From Octopus vulgaris (taxonomy: Eukaryota): a stretch of 64,000 bases of DNA. The position numbers were made by a program, and so were the translations under genes. The notes below the pieces were generated by a model. It had not been told where the DNA came from. It made no database searches and saw nothing but the letters and a program-made list of their open reading frames with translations. Of this stretch, positions 39,419-51,239 are shown piece by piece (position 1 is the stretch's first letter; every line of letters starts with the position of its first letter). Location: the NCBI GenBank assembly GCA_951406725.2, contig OX597822.1, positions 82,584,001 through 82,648,000 of the forward strand. The letters are read 5' to 3'.

Positions 39419-40799
39419 GCTTTTGATTTAGGCAGAAGGCCAGCAGTTTTAAGGAGAGTGAGTCTGTGCCATCAATCCTTGTACTTGAAATAGTTCTTTA
39501 TTTTTATCAATGCTGAAAAGATGATAGGTAAAGTTAGCCTTGGCAGAATTTGAACTTAGAACATGAAGAGTTTGCAGAAATACTGCAAGGAATTTTGTCC
39601 ATGCCAATCTGCCACAACTTTAAGAGTCTAAGACATTGAGGGCAGTCCAAGAATTGAAATTGAATACAGTGGAAGTTTACATCAAGTAAAAAGATAACAA
39701 AATTAATAAATAACAAAAAAAATCAACAATAGGGGAGTGGGGAAGTAGTTTGGGTAATTTGAATGAAAACTCCACTCAGTGTCTTGGATTATTCTGCCAT
39801 ATCCAACGTCTCAAAGATATCCTCTCCCTGTTTTTTTTCTGTTTTATATAATCAAATAATCAGAACAGGCCCAGTTAGCTTCATCAGTCTAACCCCACTT
39901 TTTTCCCTAACATAAAACATACATGGGGGCAACAGCTGTGTCCCCACTCTTGTCTTCAACTGGGACTTGAAGCAGTTGAGGATGGATGGGTCAGATGGAA
40001 GAAGTCTTTTCCTTAACTCCATTCACATTACTCTATCAAATGTCACACTCATTTATTCAGATTTGTTTTGAATTAATCATGCATTATCTCGTAGCTGTTT
40101 ATTTTTAGGGTAGGTATGGAAGACCATATCTGGCCAATTTGAACATAAAACAAGCTGACTATTTATGCCGGATATGGCTGGTTTGAATACTAAGGGGTTA
40201 AACCCCTCTTCTGGCTGCATCCACTACACAACTTCCTTGGCCATAGCCACCAGGCAGAGGAAGATTAACTGTTCTTCATTGCCAAAGGAAGGTAGTGGGT
40301 TGATCTTCACAGCTGAGTCAGCTGGTTGCTGGATCCGTCCTTTATGATAATAATAATGATAATGAAATAAATACAAAGAAATAATAGTGATAAGTTCATC
40401 AATAAAAACAAACAATAATAATTTCTCATTGACTGTCATGGTTTCCAAGCTATGCCAAGATATATGGAGAAGTCTTTATAATAATTTATGAGACATTTAC
40501 AAAAAAGCTAGCAAAAACCCTCAAAGGATCAATGTGAAGTGAAGTGTGAGTGGTGGGGTGGGGGTGTTGGTAGATGGAATGGTGTTGTGGTGGTGGTGAG
40601 AATTGTTATTTTATATTAACCAAAGTGTTATGTGTGAAATTGATAGACAGAAACTGAAAGAAGTTCATTGTGTGTGTGCGTGTGTATGACTAACAAAGAG
40701 GTACAGGTGTCAATTTATTACGGCCATGTGTGTATGTATAATGTATTATCTATTTATACATTCATTATATATATATATATACATCCATATATTATATAT

Positions 40800-40830
<31 letters not shown>

Positions 40831-40834
40831 CATA

Positions 40835-40908
<74 letters not shown>

Positions 40909-41112
40909 AAATAGAAAGATGAATAATCTTGTAGTAGATTAATCAAAAGTTTAACCGATACCTTAGTAGCAAAAATCACAGCAGTAAAACAGCACGGTTG
41001 GAGGTACAACCATATGGTGTTGCAACCGTGCGTTGGTGCGGATAATTGAAATTAGAACATTATTGGTGAATTGAAGAAATGGAGCTGAACGCAGATTGAA
41101 CAGAAATCGTTT

Positions 41113-41206
41113 TATTTCATTCTACACGTGTTTCGAAAGGCACAAATTACCAAAATCCGATGGAATAATGGGACCATATTGTGTCTTTCTCTTCAGGAAG
41201 AAAATA
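41113..41206 (-). ncRNA. Type I hammerhead ribozyme in PLE 3' region (left arm, mirror copy)
   Basis: Reverse complement of 44203-44296. Confidence 0.85.
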
Positions 41207-41792
41207 GGAAATCCGTTGGAAAAACAAAAACAGAACAGAGGCGGAGCAAAAACAAATCGAACTATGCTCCTAAGAGCCCATGGCGAAACTGTTTATCAGT
41301 GTATGTTGAGAACCGGTGGCTGAAGAATTCAACGGGTCAGGCATCGGTCAATCATGTGGGTGAGGGGGCGTAGATGTTCTTTGTGACCGAGAATAAAGTT
41401 CTGACTATTTAAGGAATATTGGATGTTTTATAAGGGGCGAGAAAAAATCTACTTAGAGACGTGTGTGTGTGTATACTGTTCTATATACGTGTGTGTTGGC
41501 GTAGGGGTAGAAAACATTTTTTGTGTACGTGTGTGCGTTTGATCGTTCGGCTGTCAGTGGCTACTGCCGTGATGACCGTTGGGTGGCAGAAAAAAATATA
41601 TATATCATGTTTTATGTGTGTGTGTGTTCTCATCTAAGCCTGCCTTGTCAAGGAAACCCCCCGCTGTGAAAAAACCAAGCCCCGTTTGTCTTACAGGAGT
41701 AATTCCCCTTGCAGTGGTTAATCGTAGATATCTTAAAGGCTATTTCAGAATTTGTTACCAAGGGCTATGGGTGCCGGTATTATTTATAAACG

Positions 41793-43031
41793 CTATTTAA
41801 AAGCCAGATAAGTGTAACGCCGCCAATGGGGGCATCGAAAAGCCGACTGTAAAAGCCCGTTTACCATCCGGCCTCTGGCAAACAAAATATGGAAGAGTTC
41901 GGAGACACAAAGGTTGCACTGCCTTCTGCCCCTATCAAATGGGAGGGCCACCGACAAAATTGACCATTCCAGCCTGTAGCTTAAGTTCGTATCCTTCAGT
42001 CGCCATATTAGCTTACTGAGTCCCGTGGTCTGGCGCTTGTTCATGTCCCGAAAAGTTGCGTAATGGTTGGAGACACGCAAAGACAATCTTGAGGATGAGG
42101 CCCCTACATAAGTGAAGACATCTGAGTCCGTGTAAACCTTGCATTGGTAGACGGCGTTTTTGATCTTGGAGTTCGCCGACGTGAATCTAATTCTGCTAGG
42201 ATTAGTTTCTGAAATTAGAACTGCGTTCCTGTCACTATATTCGTTCCGAGACCTGCAGCCGCTTACTACTCTATTTTCCACTACGTCACTATTAACTATA
42301 GGAATAACCCCTGATTCTCCACTATCTATCAAAGTGCTGTCATTGCTACTGCCCGTGGTGCTGCTATTGCGGGAAATGATGCTGGGGATGCTATTGGGGC
42401 TCTCTACCCTACTCCCATTGTTACCGTCAACCACAACACCCCTATTTATAACTATACCCCTAGTGGGTACTCCCTGGCTGGAGCTGAGATTATGTGTCAC
42501 TGTACTGGCTCTCATATCATTATTACTACTATAATTATTCCTACTGAGCATTAAACCGGGAGCGGAAGAGGCTGTGCCTCCGGAAAAAGGTGATAGGGTC
42601 TTAGTAAGTAGCCTATTATTATGGGAGGCGATTATCTGGGCGAGGTTTTTAGTGTTGGAGAAAGCTATCCTAACTTTATGCGAGTTAACCGTGGAGTAAT
42701 ATTTGGAATTTCTGGGGAAGTTATTGGCGATGGCTTGTCTAAACATGAGGGGGAGGTTAGTTCTAATCTGCTTACCAAAGGGGATTACAAACCATATATG
42801 CTTATTCCTATCAGTGTGATGGATCGGGACGCCAGCTCTCGCATTCGGGTGGGTGATTCTCGGATGAATGACGGGTCTTGGGTTAGTGTAAGACCTCCCG
42901 GACCGATAATTATCCTTGTTCGCTAAATTAAATGCGGGAGCGACTACCCCGGCATCCACCGCGCTCCCGTCCTTACTTAAAATGTTAATGTTATTATATA
43001 CGGCACTATCCTGATGACCGAATGATGGCAT
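41793..43031 (-). CDS. C-terminal part of PLE polyprotein: thumb/linker region + GIY-YIG endonuclease (412 aa uninterrupted, no RT catalytic core)
   Basis: KHIWFVIPFGKQIRTNL...NNFP...VRIAFSNTKNLAQIIASHNNRLL resembles the PLE post-RT motif IIWFNPPF..NV.TN....HFP....VK.SYS...N...I..HN. AVYQCKV..YVG..LSLRVSNH..TGLSKLIW.LK..LEWSIL..CNLCVSE..N..CPH is a GIY-YIG domain with CxxC. Confidence 0.85.
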   Translation of the reverse strand: MPSFGHQDSAVYNNINILSKDGSAVDAGVVAPAFNLANKDNYRSGRSYTNPRPVIHPRITHPNARAGVPIHHTDRNKHIWFVIPFGKQIRTNLPLMFRQAIANNFPRNSKYYSTVNSHKVRIAFSNTKNLAQIIASHNNRLLTKTLSPFSGGTASSAPGLMLSRNNYSSNNDMRASTVTHNLSSSQGVPTRGIVINRGVVVDGNNGSRVESPNSIPSIISRNSSTTGSSNDSTLIDSGESGVIPIVNSDVVENRVVSGCRSRNEYSDRNAVLISETNPSRIRFTSANSKIKNAVYQCKVYTDSDVFTYVGASSSRLSLRVSNHYATFRDMNKRQTTGLSKLIWRLKDTNLSYRLEWSILSVALPFDRGRRQCNLCVSELFHILFARGRMVNGLLQSAFRCPHWRRYTYLAFK

Positions 43032-43615
43032 ATCATAGCAATAGCAGCACCACGGGCAGTAGCAATGACAGCACTTTGATAGATAGTGGAGAATCAGGGG
43101 TTATTCCTATAGTTAATAGTGACGTAGTGGAAAATAGAGTAGTAAGCGGCTGCAGGTCTCGGAACGAATATAGTGACAGGAACGCAGTTCTAATTTCAGA
43201 AACTAATCCTAGCAGAATTAGATTCACGTCGGCGAACTCCAAGATCAAAAACGCCGTCTACCAATGCAAGGTTTACACGGACTCAGATGTCTTCACTTAT
43301 GTAGGGGCCTCATCCTCAAGATTGTCTTTGCGTGTCTCCAACCATTACGCAACTTTTCGGGACATGAACAAGCGCCAGACCACGGGACTCAGTAAGCTAA
43401 TATGGCGACTGAAGGATACGAACTTAAGCTACAGGCTGGAATGGTCAATTTTGTCGGTGGCCCTCCCATTTGATAGGGGCAGAAGGCAGTGCAACCTTTG
43501 TGTCTCCGAACTCTTCCATATTTTGTTTGCCAGAGGCCGGATGGTAAACGGGCTTTTACAGTCGGCTTTTCGATGCCCCCATTGGCGGCGTTACACTTAT
43601 CTGGCTTTTAAATAG
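43022..43615 (+). CDS. Inverted duplicate of the GIY-YIG endonuclease part of the PLE ORF (197 aa; first residues come from the junction)
   Basis: Translation is identical to the C-terminal ~190 aa of the 41793-43031 ORF. Expression is not shown. Confidence 0.6.
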   Translation: MMAYHSNSSTTGSSNDSTLIDSGESGVIPIVNSDVVENRVVSGCRSRNEYSDRNAVLISETNPSRIRFTSANSKIKNAVYQCKVYTDSDVFTYVGASSSRLSLRVSNHYATFRDMNKRQTTGLSKLIWRLKDTNLSYRLEWSILSVALPFDRGRRQCNLCVSELFHILFARGRMVNGLLQSAFRCPHWRRYTYLAFK

Positions 43616-44202
43616 CGTTTATAAATAATACCGGCACCCATAGCCCTTGGCAACAAATTCTGAAATAGCCTTTAAGATATCTACGATTAACCACTGCAAG
43701 GGGAATCACTCCTGTAAGACAAACGGGGCTTGGTTTTTTCACAGCGGGGGGTTTCCTTGACAAGGCAGGCTTAGATGAGAACACACACACACATAAAACA
43801 TGATATATATATTTTTTTTCTGCCACACAACGGTCATCACGGCAGTAGCCACTGACAGCCGAACGATCAAACGCACACACGTACACAAAAAATGTTTTCT
43901 ACCCCTACGCCAACACACACGTATATAGAACAGTATACACACACACACGTCTCTAAGTAGATTTTTTCTCGCCCCTTATAAAACATCCAATATTCCTTAA
44001 ATAGTCAGAACTTTATTCTCGGTCACAAAGAACATCTACGCCCCCTCACCCACATGATTGACCGATGCCTGACCCGTTGAATTCTTCAGCCACCGGTTCT
44101 CAACATACACTGATAAACAGTTTCGCCATGGGCTCTTAGGAGCATAGTTCGATTTGTTTTTGCTCCGCCTCTGTTCTGTTTTTGTTTTTCCAACGGATTT
44201 CC

Positions 44203-44296
44203 TATTTTCTTCCTGAAGAGAAAGACACAATATGGTCCCATTATTCCATCGGATTTTGGTAATTTGTGCCTTTCGAAACACGTGTAGAATGAAATA
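44203..44296 (+). ncRNA. Type I hammerhead ribozyme in PLE 3' region (right arm)
   Basis: Stem I tattttcttc/gaatgaaata; CTGAAGA 44213-44219; stem II gaaagacacaa/ttgtgcctttc; GAAA 44275-44278; palindromic stem III cacgtg; GUA site, predicted cut after 44286. Confidence 0.85.
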
Positions 44297-44416
44297 AAAC
44301 GATTTCTGTTCAATCTGCGTTCAGCTCCATTTCTTCAATTCACCAATAATGTTATATATATATATATATATACATATGTGTGTGTGTGTATGTATATATA
44401 TATATATTATATATAT

Positions 44417-44519
<103 letters not shown>

Positions 44520-44684
44520 TACATGCATATATACATACATACATACACACACATACACACACAACCATCATTTACTATCTACTTTTGATGCTGGCATGTT
44601 TTGGACAGAAACAAAATCTCGTCAGATGTGTGTGTGTGTTTATGTTTGCACATCTCCAAAATAGTTAAGCTACCAAATAGTGGT

Positions 44685-44835
44685 ACATTATTTACATTTG
44701 GTGAATATTTGTCCTCATCTTGTTTGTTGTTAACATAACATTTTGGCTGATATACTCTTCTTGCCTTCATCATGTGCCTTGGGGAAATTTTGAACCTGGG
44801 TCCCATTCCTAAGGTATTTTTCGATGTTGATGTTG
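44685..44835 (-). mobile_element. Decayed fragment of the tRNA-head/HHR family
   Basis: Aligns by eye to 16420-16560; the HHR core is mutated. Confidence 0.65.
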
Positions 44836-44944
44836 TCGTCGTCATAGGTTACAGAAACCCGTGATATACTGAGGAGTCTGTGACATAACTTTATGTGTAT
44901 TATCCAGGAAAATCCGTGATGGACTGTGTGTGCAATAGGTAAAC

Positions 44945-45200
44945 CGCAATATGGCAAGTGATTACTGTATTCTGATGAACTTTCTCTCTTTGTTCCAGAT
45001 CACTTTGTGCCATCTCACCTGATTTGCAACTTACAGTGTCATCATCCAAATACTCTTATACTTCCAATAATAAGGAAGTCTTTCTAAGGTTGTAGCTTTT
45101 CTACTTGAACTGCCAGACTTTGGAACTCTCTTCCATCTCATTATTCTCCCCCTTCTTATGACCTGAACTCTTTCAAGTCTAAAGTAAATTCATTCCTTTC
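44945..45200 (+). mobile_element. LINE (CR1/L2/Jockey group) 3' remnant
   Basis: Decayed translation SDELSLFVP...TARLWNSLP...SYDLNSFKSKVN. Confidence 0.6.
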
Positions 45201-45272
45201 ATCTTAACTTCTCTTTCTTTATAGTCCCTTACACTAAGCAGCTTCTCACCTTGTTTGGAACTTTCTAATTAA

Positions 45273-45493
45273 CCCTTTCGTTATCAATCCGGCAGAAACC
45301 GCTTCTGGTTCTGAGTACAAATGTTTTGTTTACATAAGTTTTGAATTAAAATCTTCCACCAAACCTTAGTTACAATTTTGGTTCCTAACACTGACTGAAT
45401 GATAACTCAGTTATTTTACTAAATTCTTTGTTATATTTAAAATTAATTGAAAGAAACACAGAACATCTCAACAGAAATATGGTAACAAAAGGG
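45273..45493. mobile_element. piggyBac-type MITE with TTAA target duplication; a second truncated copy starts at about 45525
   Basis: TTAA|ccctttcgtta ... taacaaaaggg|TTAA. Confidence 0.75.
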
Positions 45494-48400
45494 TTAAAAT
45501 ATATAATAGAGAAACTATTTTTAACCCTTTTGATACCAATCTGGCTGAAACCATTCCTGGCTCTGTAGTACAAATGTCTTGTTTGCGTAAGACTGTGGCA
45601 GGGCCAGTCTCTAGCTGCTGTTGTCCATGTTCACCTGAATTCACACACACACACGTATATGTGTGTCTTTGTGTCTGCATTTGTCGCCACCACTACCACC
45701 ACTTGACAAACCAGTGTTGGTGTGTTTATGTCCCTAATACTTAGCAGTTCAGCTAAAGAGTACTAGGCTTTAAAAATATAAGTACTGGGGATCAATTCGT
45801 TTGACTGAAAATTCTTCAAGGCAGTGCTCCAGCATGGCCACAGTACAATGACTGAAACATGTAAAAGATGGGTTCTTTGGAGATGTTATCAGTAGGTGGT
45901 TTCAACTTCGAATCTTCCTCCTCCTCCTCATCATCATCATAATCATTGTTGTCACCATCATCAACATCCACATTCCATACTGACATGGGATGAATGCAAA
46001 TGAAATCCCCATGTGAAACAGGGGTCCTCTCTCTCCTCCGCAACCACCACCACCACAACCACTATATTAGACAAAGGCAAAATCTTACCAAGTTAATCCA
46101 GCACCACATTAGCAGTTGCTGTTTAAACATTATTTATTTATTTTATTTTTTATTTATTTACTTTTTATTGATTATGTTATCAAAACTGAATCCTAAGGCC
46201 ATGGGGTACCATAAAACTACAGATATCGATCGAGTCGATTGGGTTTTTATTGTGCAAAACAAAAACTCCATAAAAAGAAGACAAAAAAAAAACAAAGAAA
46301 AGAAATGAATTTTTAGGATTACCATAGAATTTTATGGACATTTATGAAAAGGAAACTATATAAATAAATAAATCAAAAGAGAAAATAACTCCACGTTTGT
46401 CAACCCAACAAAAGAACTGAAACAAAAAACAAAAAAACGTGTCCTTCATTGAATATAAATGAATCCTATTCCTGGCTATTCGTTGGTCTATTGTGCTTTA
46501 TTTTTTATTAATATCATTAGAAATTATAATTATTATTGTTGTTGTTCTCATTAGCACTGACAATATTATTAACGTTATTTTTTCAACATATTTACAATCA
46601 TCATCATTATCATCATCATCATCATCATTATCATTATCATCATCATCATTATTGTTGTTGTCCATATGCTATTTTGGCCTCTTGTCAATATTATTAAATG
46701 CTGCAAGATAATTTTAGTCAAGAGGTGGGCAGAGGTGGGTTGGGTGCGTTTAAAAACCTGAGTTTGGGATTTTTGTTTGACTTTTTTTTTCTGTTTTATT
46801 TCTTACATTGTTTGTTTTTCGGATTTATGATATATTTATTTTGCATAGAATTACATACACGTATGTATGTGTGTGTGTGTGTGCGTGCTATACATGTAGA
46901 TATGTGTATGTGTGTGCTTTGCGAAGAGACCGGTAGTTTATCTAAGAAAGAGAGAGAGAAATTTTATGTATGTGCTAATAAGAGCAACGTGTGTGTGTGT
47001 ATATATGTGTCTGTGTATGTTTGTGTGTGCACATATGCGTGTGTGTGCTGGTGTGTAGGTGTGTGCACATGTGCGTGTGTGTGTGTGTGCGGGTGATAGT
47101 CTTACTATTTGTTTCTTTCACTCTTTTCTGCTTATTTGTTTGTATTCTTAGTAGTTTATTTAACCTAACGAGCTGGCTGACTCATTAACCTGTTGGACAA
47201 GATGCTGCTAAGCATTTGGTCTGCCTTTAAGTCCTGAGTTCAAATTCCACCAAAGTCGACTTTGCTTTACATCCTTTCAGGATTTCTAAAAGAAGGACCA
47301 GTTAAACACTGGGGTTGAGGTAATAAACTTCCCCGCCCCCACTCCCCGAATTGCTGGCCTTGTGTCAAAATAAGAAAGGGTTATTAGTTATTTATTTTGT
47401 TTGTCTAGAATTGTTTGTGTCTAAGTGTGTGGCTGTGTTAATGAGATCAGGAAAAGCTCAGCATCCATTTTCCTTTGCAAGGAAATTCGGATTTTATCTT
47501 CATCCCAGTTTCCATAGCATTTTGTCGGTAAGAGACGGATCTCCCTCTCAATATGATGCTGGTCCATCACAGGTAGCTTTTTTCACTACAAAGAATTCAA
47601 CTCTTCCATACCACACAACATTATACTCTTCAACATTTCTGCAAGTATTTAGTTCTGACCCTCTTCATTATGAGTTCAAAATCACGGCCTTTCCTCCTTC
47701 CATAGTTGATTTTATTGTATAGCCCTGGTCAACAATGATCATTCATCACCATCATCATCATATACCTATTTTCCATGTTGGCATGGGTTGAATGGTTTGA
47801 CAAGAGTCAGTGGGCCTTAAGAATGCTAGATGTGGTTATGGCTTGACCATTGATCCACTCCATCTGAAGTTGACCTGGGGCTAAGCAACAACAATAAAAA
47901 TAATAACAGGTATTGTAGGAAGGGGTCCACTTGGAATGTATGCAACCAAGTGAACACTGCCTTCTGTTCCAGTCACCCACAGAACAGATTGTGGTGGTGG
48001 TGGTGGCGGGCGGGGGTGTTAGGCCTAGGTACCAGTAATATATGATGGCGAGAGGTAGTGATCAGTTGATGCTCAATGATCTTCACAAAATTTTTTACCG
48101 AAAACTAGGAGAAAAGCAAACAACTAATCAATATTTACAGATGATCTATAAATTATTGATGCCATTATAAAGGGATTTTAGTATTTCAAATAATAATAAT
48201 AATAATAATGTTGATTTCAAATTTGGATACAAGGCCTGAAATTTTGGGTGATGGGGCTCATCGGTACTTAATTTATTGACCCCAAAACGAAGAAAAGCAA
48301 AATCAGCCTTGTTGGGATTTGAACTCAGAATGTAAAGATTGACAAAATGCCATGAAGCATTTTGCCTGGTATGTTAACCATTCTGCCAGCTCACCCCTTT

Positions 48401-48806
48401 AATGATGATGATGATGATACTTTCTACTATAGGCACAAGACCTGAAATTTTATTGGTTAGGAGGCTTGTCGATTACATCAACCTCAATGCTTAACTGGTA
48501 CTTCATTTATCAATCCCAAAAGGATGAAAGGGAAAAGTCAACCTCAGCAGGATTTGAACTCAGAATAAAACAACAAACCCTCTGCCACTAAGCATTTTGT
48601 CCAGTTTGCTAATAATTCTAAATAATGGTTTCCCATTTTGACACAAGGCCAGCAATTTCGAGGGAGGAGGTGGGGTAAGTGGATTTGACTGGTCCTTATT
48701 TTATTGACCCCCCGCCCCAAAAAAAGGATGAAAGGCAAAGTCGACCCAGTGACATTTGAACTCAGAACATGTCAGAAGAATTGCTGCTAAGTATTTCTTT
48801 GAATTG

Positions 48807-49075
48807 ATATGGCATAGTGGTTAAGAGTGTGGGCTACTAACCCCAAGATTCCGAGTTCGATTCCAGGCAGTGACTTGAATAAAAATTATAATAATAGTAA
48901 CATCAAAAAATAGTTTAGGAATGAGAACCCAGGTCCGAAATTTCCCCAAGACATGTGATGAAGGCTGGAGGGTATATCAGCCAAAACATTGTGTTAACAA
49001 CAAACAAGATGAGGACAAATATCCATCAAATGTAAATAATGTACACAATTTCTCATCTCTTAAATATAAAACTGT
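48807..49075 (+). mobile_element. Single full copy of the tRNA-head/HHR family (HHR core decayed)
   Basis: atatggcatagtggttaagagtgtgggctactaaccccaagattccgagttcgattccaggcagtgac, then an AAT-rich linker, then gtgatgaaggctggagggtatatcagccaaaacattgtgtt. Confidence 0.75.
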
Positions 49076-51239
49076 AATATTTTTACCTCCTAAAAAAGTT
49101 CATCAGAAATTAATCATTTTCTTTTACTTTTTAATGGATAGATAATTTAATTTTTCTTTCTGTTTATATTTCATTTCTTTCTTTTAATGCGTTTTTGCAG
49201 CTTCCCAGAGAAATTTATTACATTTTGAATAAAATAATATTAATTATAATAAATAATTCCAACTAATTAATGCCTCTATTTCAGTAAAAATGATTTTTTT
49301 TTTTTCTTAATCTTAAAAGTTCCACTTATTATGAAATTTTGAAGTGCCTGTTCGAAGGGTGTCCAGTGAATTAAAATCTGTTTCCAGAAGCAAAATTTTT
49401 GAAACAGCAAGTTTATGAAAAGGAAGCAAAGTTGCCTCCCTTCGCATTTCTTTATCAGCCTGAACTTGTTTGCTTATATAAGTGTATATATGCATGTATA
49501 TAAATATATTATTCCTTTTATTCGTTTCAGCCATACAGCTGCAATCATGTTGGAGCACTGTATATGAAAACTAATTTCATTTCTTTCATTGCTAGACTAG
49601 TTGTCTCTTGAACAAGTTCAACAGAGAAGGAAACAAAACTAGTTTTGTTGTCTTCTTAAACTAATAATTTTTTTTTTTTCAGATAAATATATCTACTCTG
49701 TTGCTGTGTTATGAACACAGCTTTTAATTGTAGTTTTATCCTTTTTTTTTTTTGTTGTTTGTTTTGCATTTTTAACAGTATCATTCAACAATTATATACA
49801 TACACACACATGCACAGACACACATACATATATACATGCATAAATGTATGTATGTATATATGCATACGTACATACATTCATTAGTATATATATATATATA
49901 TATATATATTACTTTAATGCTTATTTTCTTATTAATTAAAAATTGTATTAAAATATCTCTTTCTGTGTTAATTTTTTTATGATCTCATTTTCCTACGCAA
50001 TAATGACTGTATCTCTGGACCAAACATTTCAGAATCGTACATATGTATATCTGTATATGTTATGTGTGTCCATCCATGTGTACATAATATGTGTCATAGC
50101 TAGTCAGTTTCTAAGAATATAAATCCACTGACCTGTCTTTAAAATATTTTGCTTCAGTTTTCAGAAATTACTGGAACAATATCTAAAACCAAAACCATAT
50201 TTCACACTCATCTATTTTGTCACGGTTGATAGTCTTTTCTTAACCATTTTCAAATCAATCTGCACAAGTTCACCTCTGGTTCTTCAACACAAAACTGCTT
50301 GTTTTGAATCCATATTGAAATTAAAACCACCCATCTTGATTTTATATAAAAACATTCTGTTAAATTTATGATCTAAACACCTGTTTGATATACAGGTAAA
50401 TGAAAAAGGTGTTACTGTATTTGATGGCCTAATAGACCAACAAGCATATTAGATGTTTGCAAAATGCTTTTAGGATATTAAAACTTGTAACATTTGAAGC
50501 AATCTACTAGTAGATTATAAAACATTAAAAAAGTACCCTAGCTATAGCAGAAAACATTACTGTATGTAAAAAGTAAGCAGCACAGCAAAAGAAAAAAAAA
50601 GTTCTGTGTGATTACAGTGATAAAACATGCAAAAAAAAATAGAAAGAAAGAAGCTTATGGGAGACCCAACTTCATATATACAATCTGAGTGATTTTTAGC
50701 TTTTTATTTTATTTTATTCATTTTTTTTTTTTTTTTTATGTGGGGAAAATAGTGTGTCTTATATTGCCATCATATATGGTACCTATTATACTAAACCTTT
50801 CAAATTGTTTTCATAATTCATGATTGTCTTCCAAATTAATTGAAATTTTGGCAGTTTTATGTTAGAAATATTGTCACAATTAACTTAAGAAAAAAAAATA
50901 TCAATCAATGTCTCCAGGTTAATTTTTGTTTGTTTTTCTTTTTTTCCATTTTCTGTATTGTCAATTTGTGTGTGTGTGCGTGTGTGGTGTATGGGTGTAT
51001 ATAATATATTTCTATATATTTAATCCTAACAGGAGGGGTATGTATTTTCTCAAATACTTTCAATGTTGTATGCTTACATTAATGAAGCAGTATAAATTAC
51101 TGCCTAACCATTTCTAACTGTGAATGAGCTTTATATAATTTTATCAATTAACAACATTAAAATAACTTGACCTTAATATATTGAATCATATAAATAGTGA
51201 TAGACATGTTTTGATTCATGCTACAAATCATCATTATTA

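Larger units (their letters stand above)
40906..44353. mobile_element. Penelope-like retroelement (Naiad-like), 5'-truncated copy on the - strand plus an inverted partial copy on the + strand
   Basis: Inverted arms 41056-42370 and 43038-44353 are nearly identical. It has a GIY-YIG ORF, an HHR in each 3' region, higher GC/CpG than the flanks, and (TA)n on both sides. Confidence 0.9.

Noticed and set aside
41400-41793. SECIS/selenoprotein feature reported for some Naiad elements
   Set aside because: There is no in-frame TGA in the retained ORF (the stop is TAG), and I could not identify a SECIS by eye.
42160-42926. + strand ORFs 42160-42534 and 42621-42926, and mirror ORFs in the arms (41096-41373, 44036-44313)
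   Set aside because: These are antisense shadows of the PLE ORF or chance frames in its UTR, with no recognisable motifs.
48807-48875. tRNA gene (ACT anticodon-like)
   Set aside because: The 5' acceptor strand is missing, the T-arm is mispaired, and it is attached to a repeat body; treated as a SINE-type head.
49150-49266. Strong-looking splice acceptor (ttttgcag at 49200), possible alternative terminal exon
   Set aside because: The downstream frame is AT-rich, stops after about 21 codons and has no donor; unsupported without transcripts.
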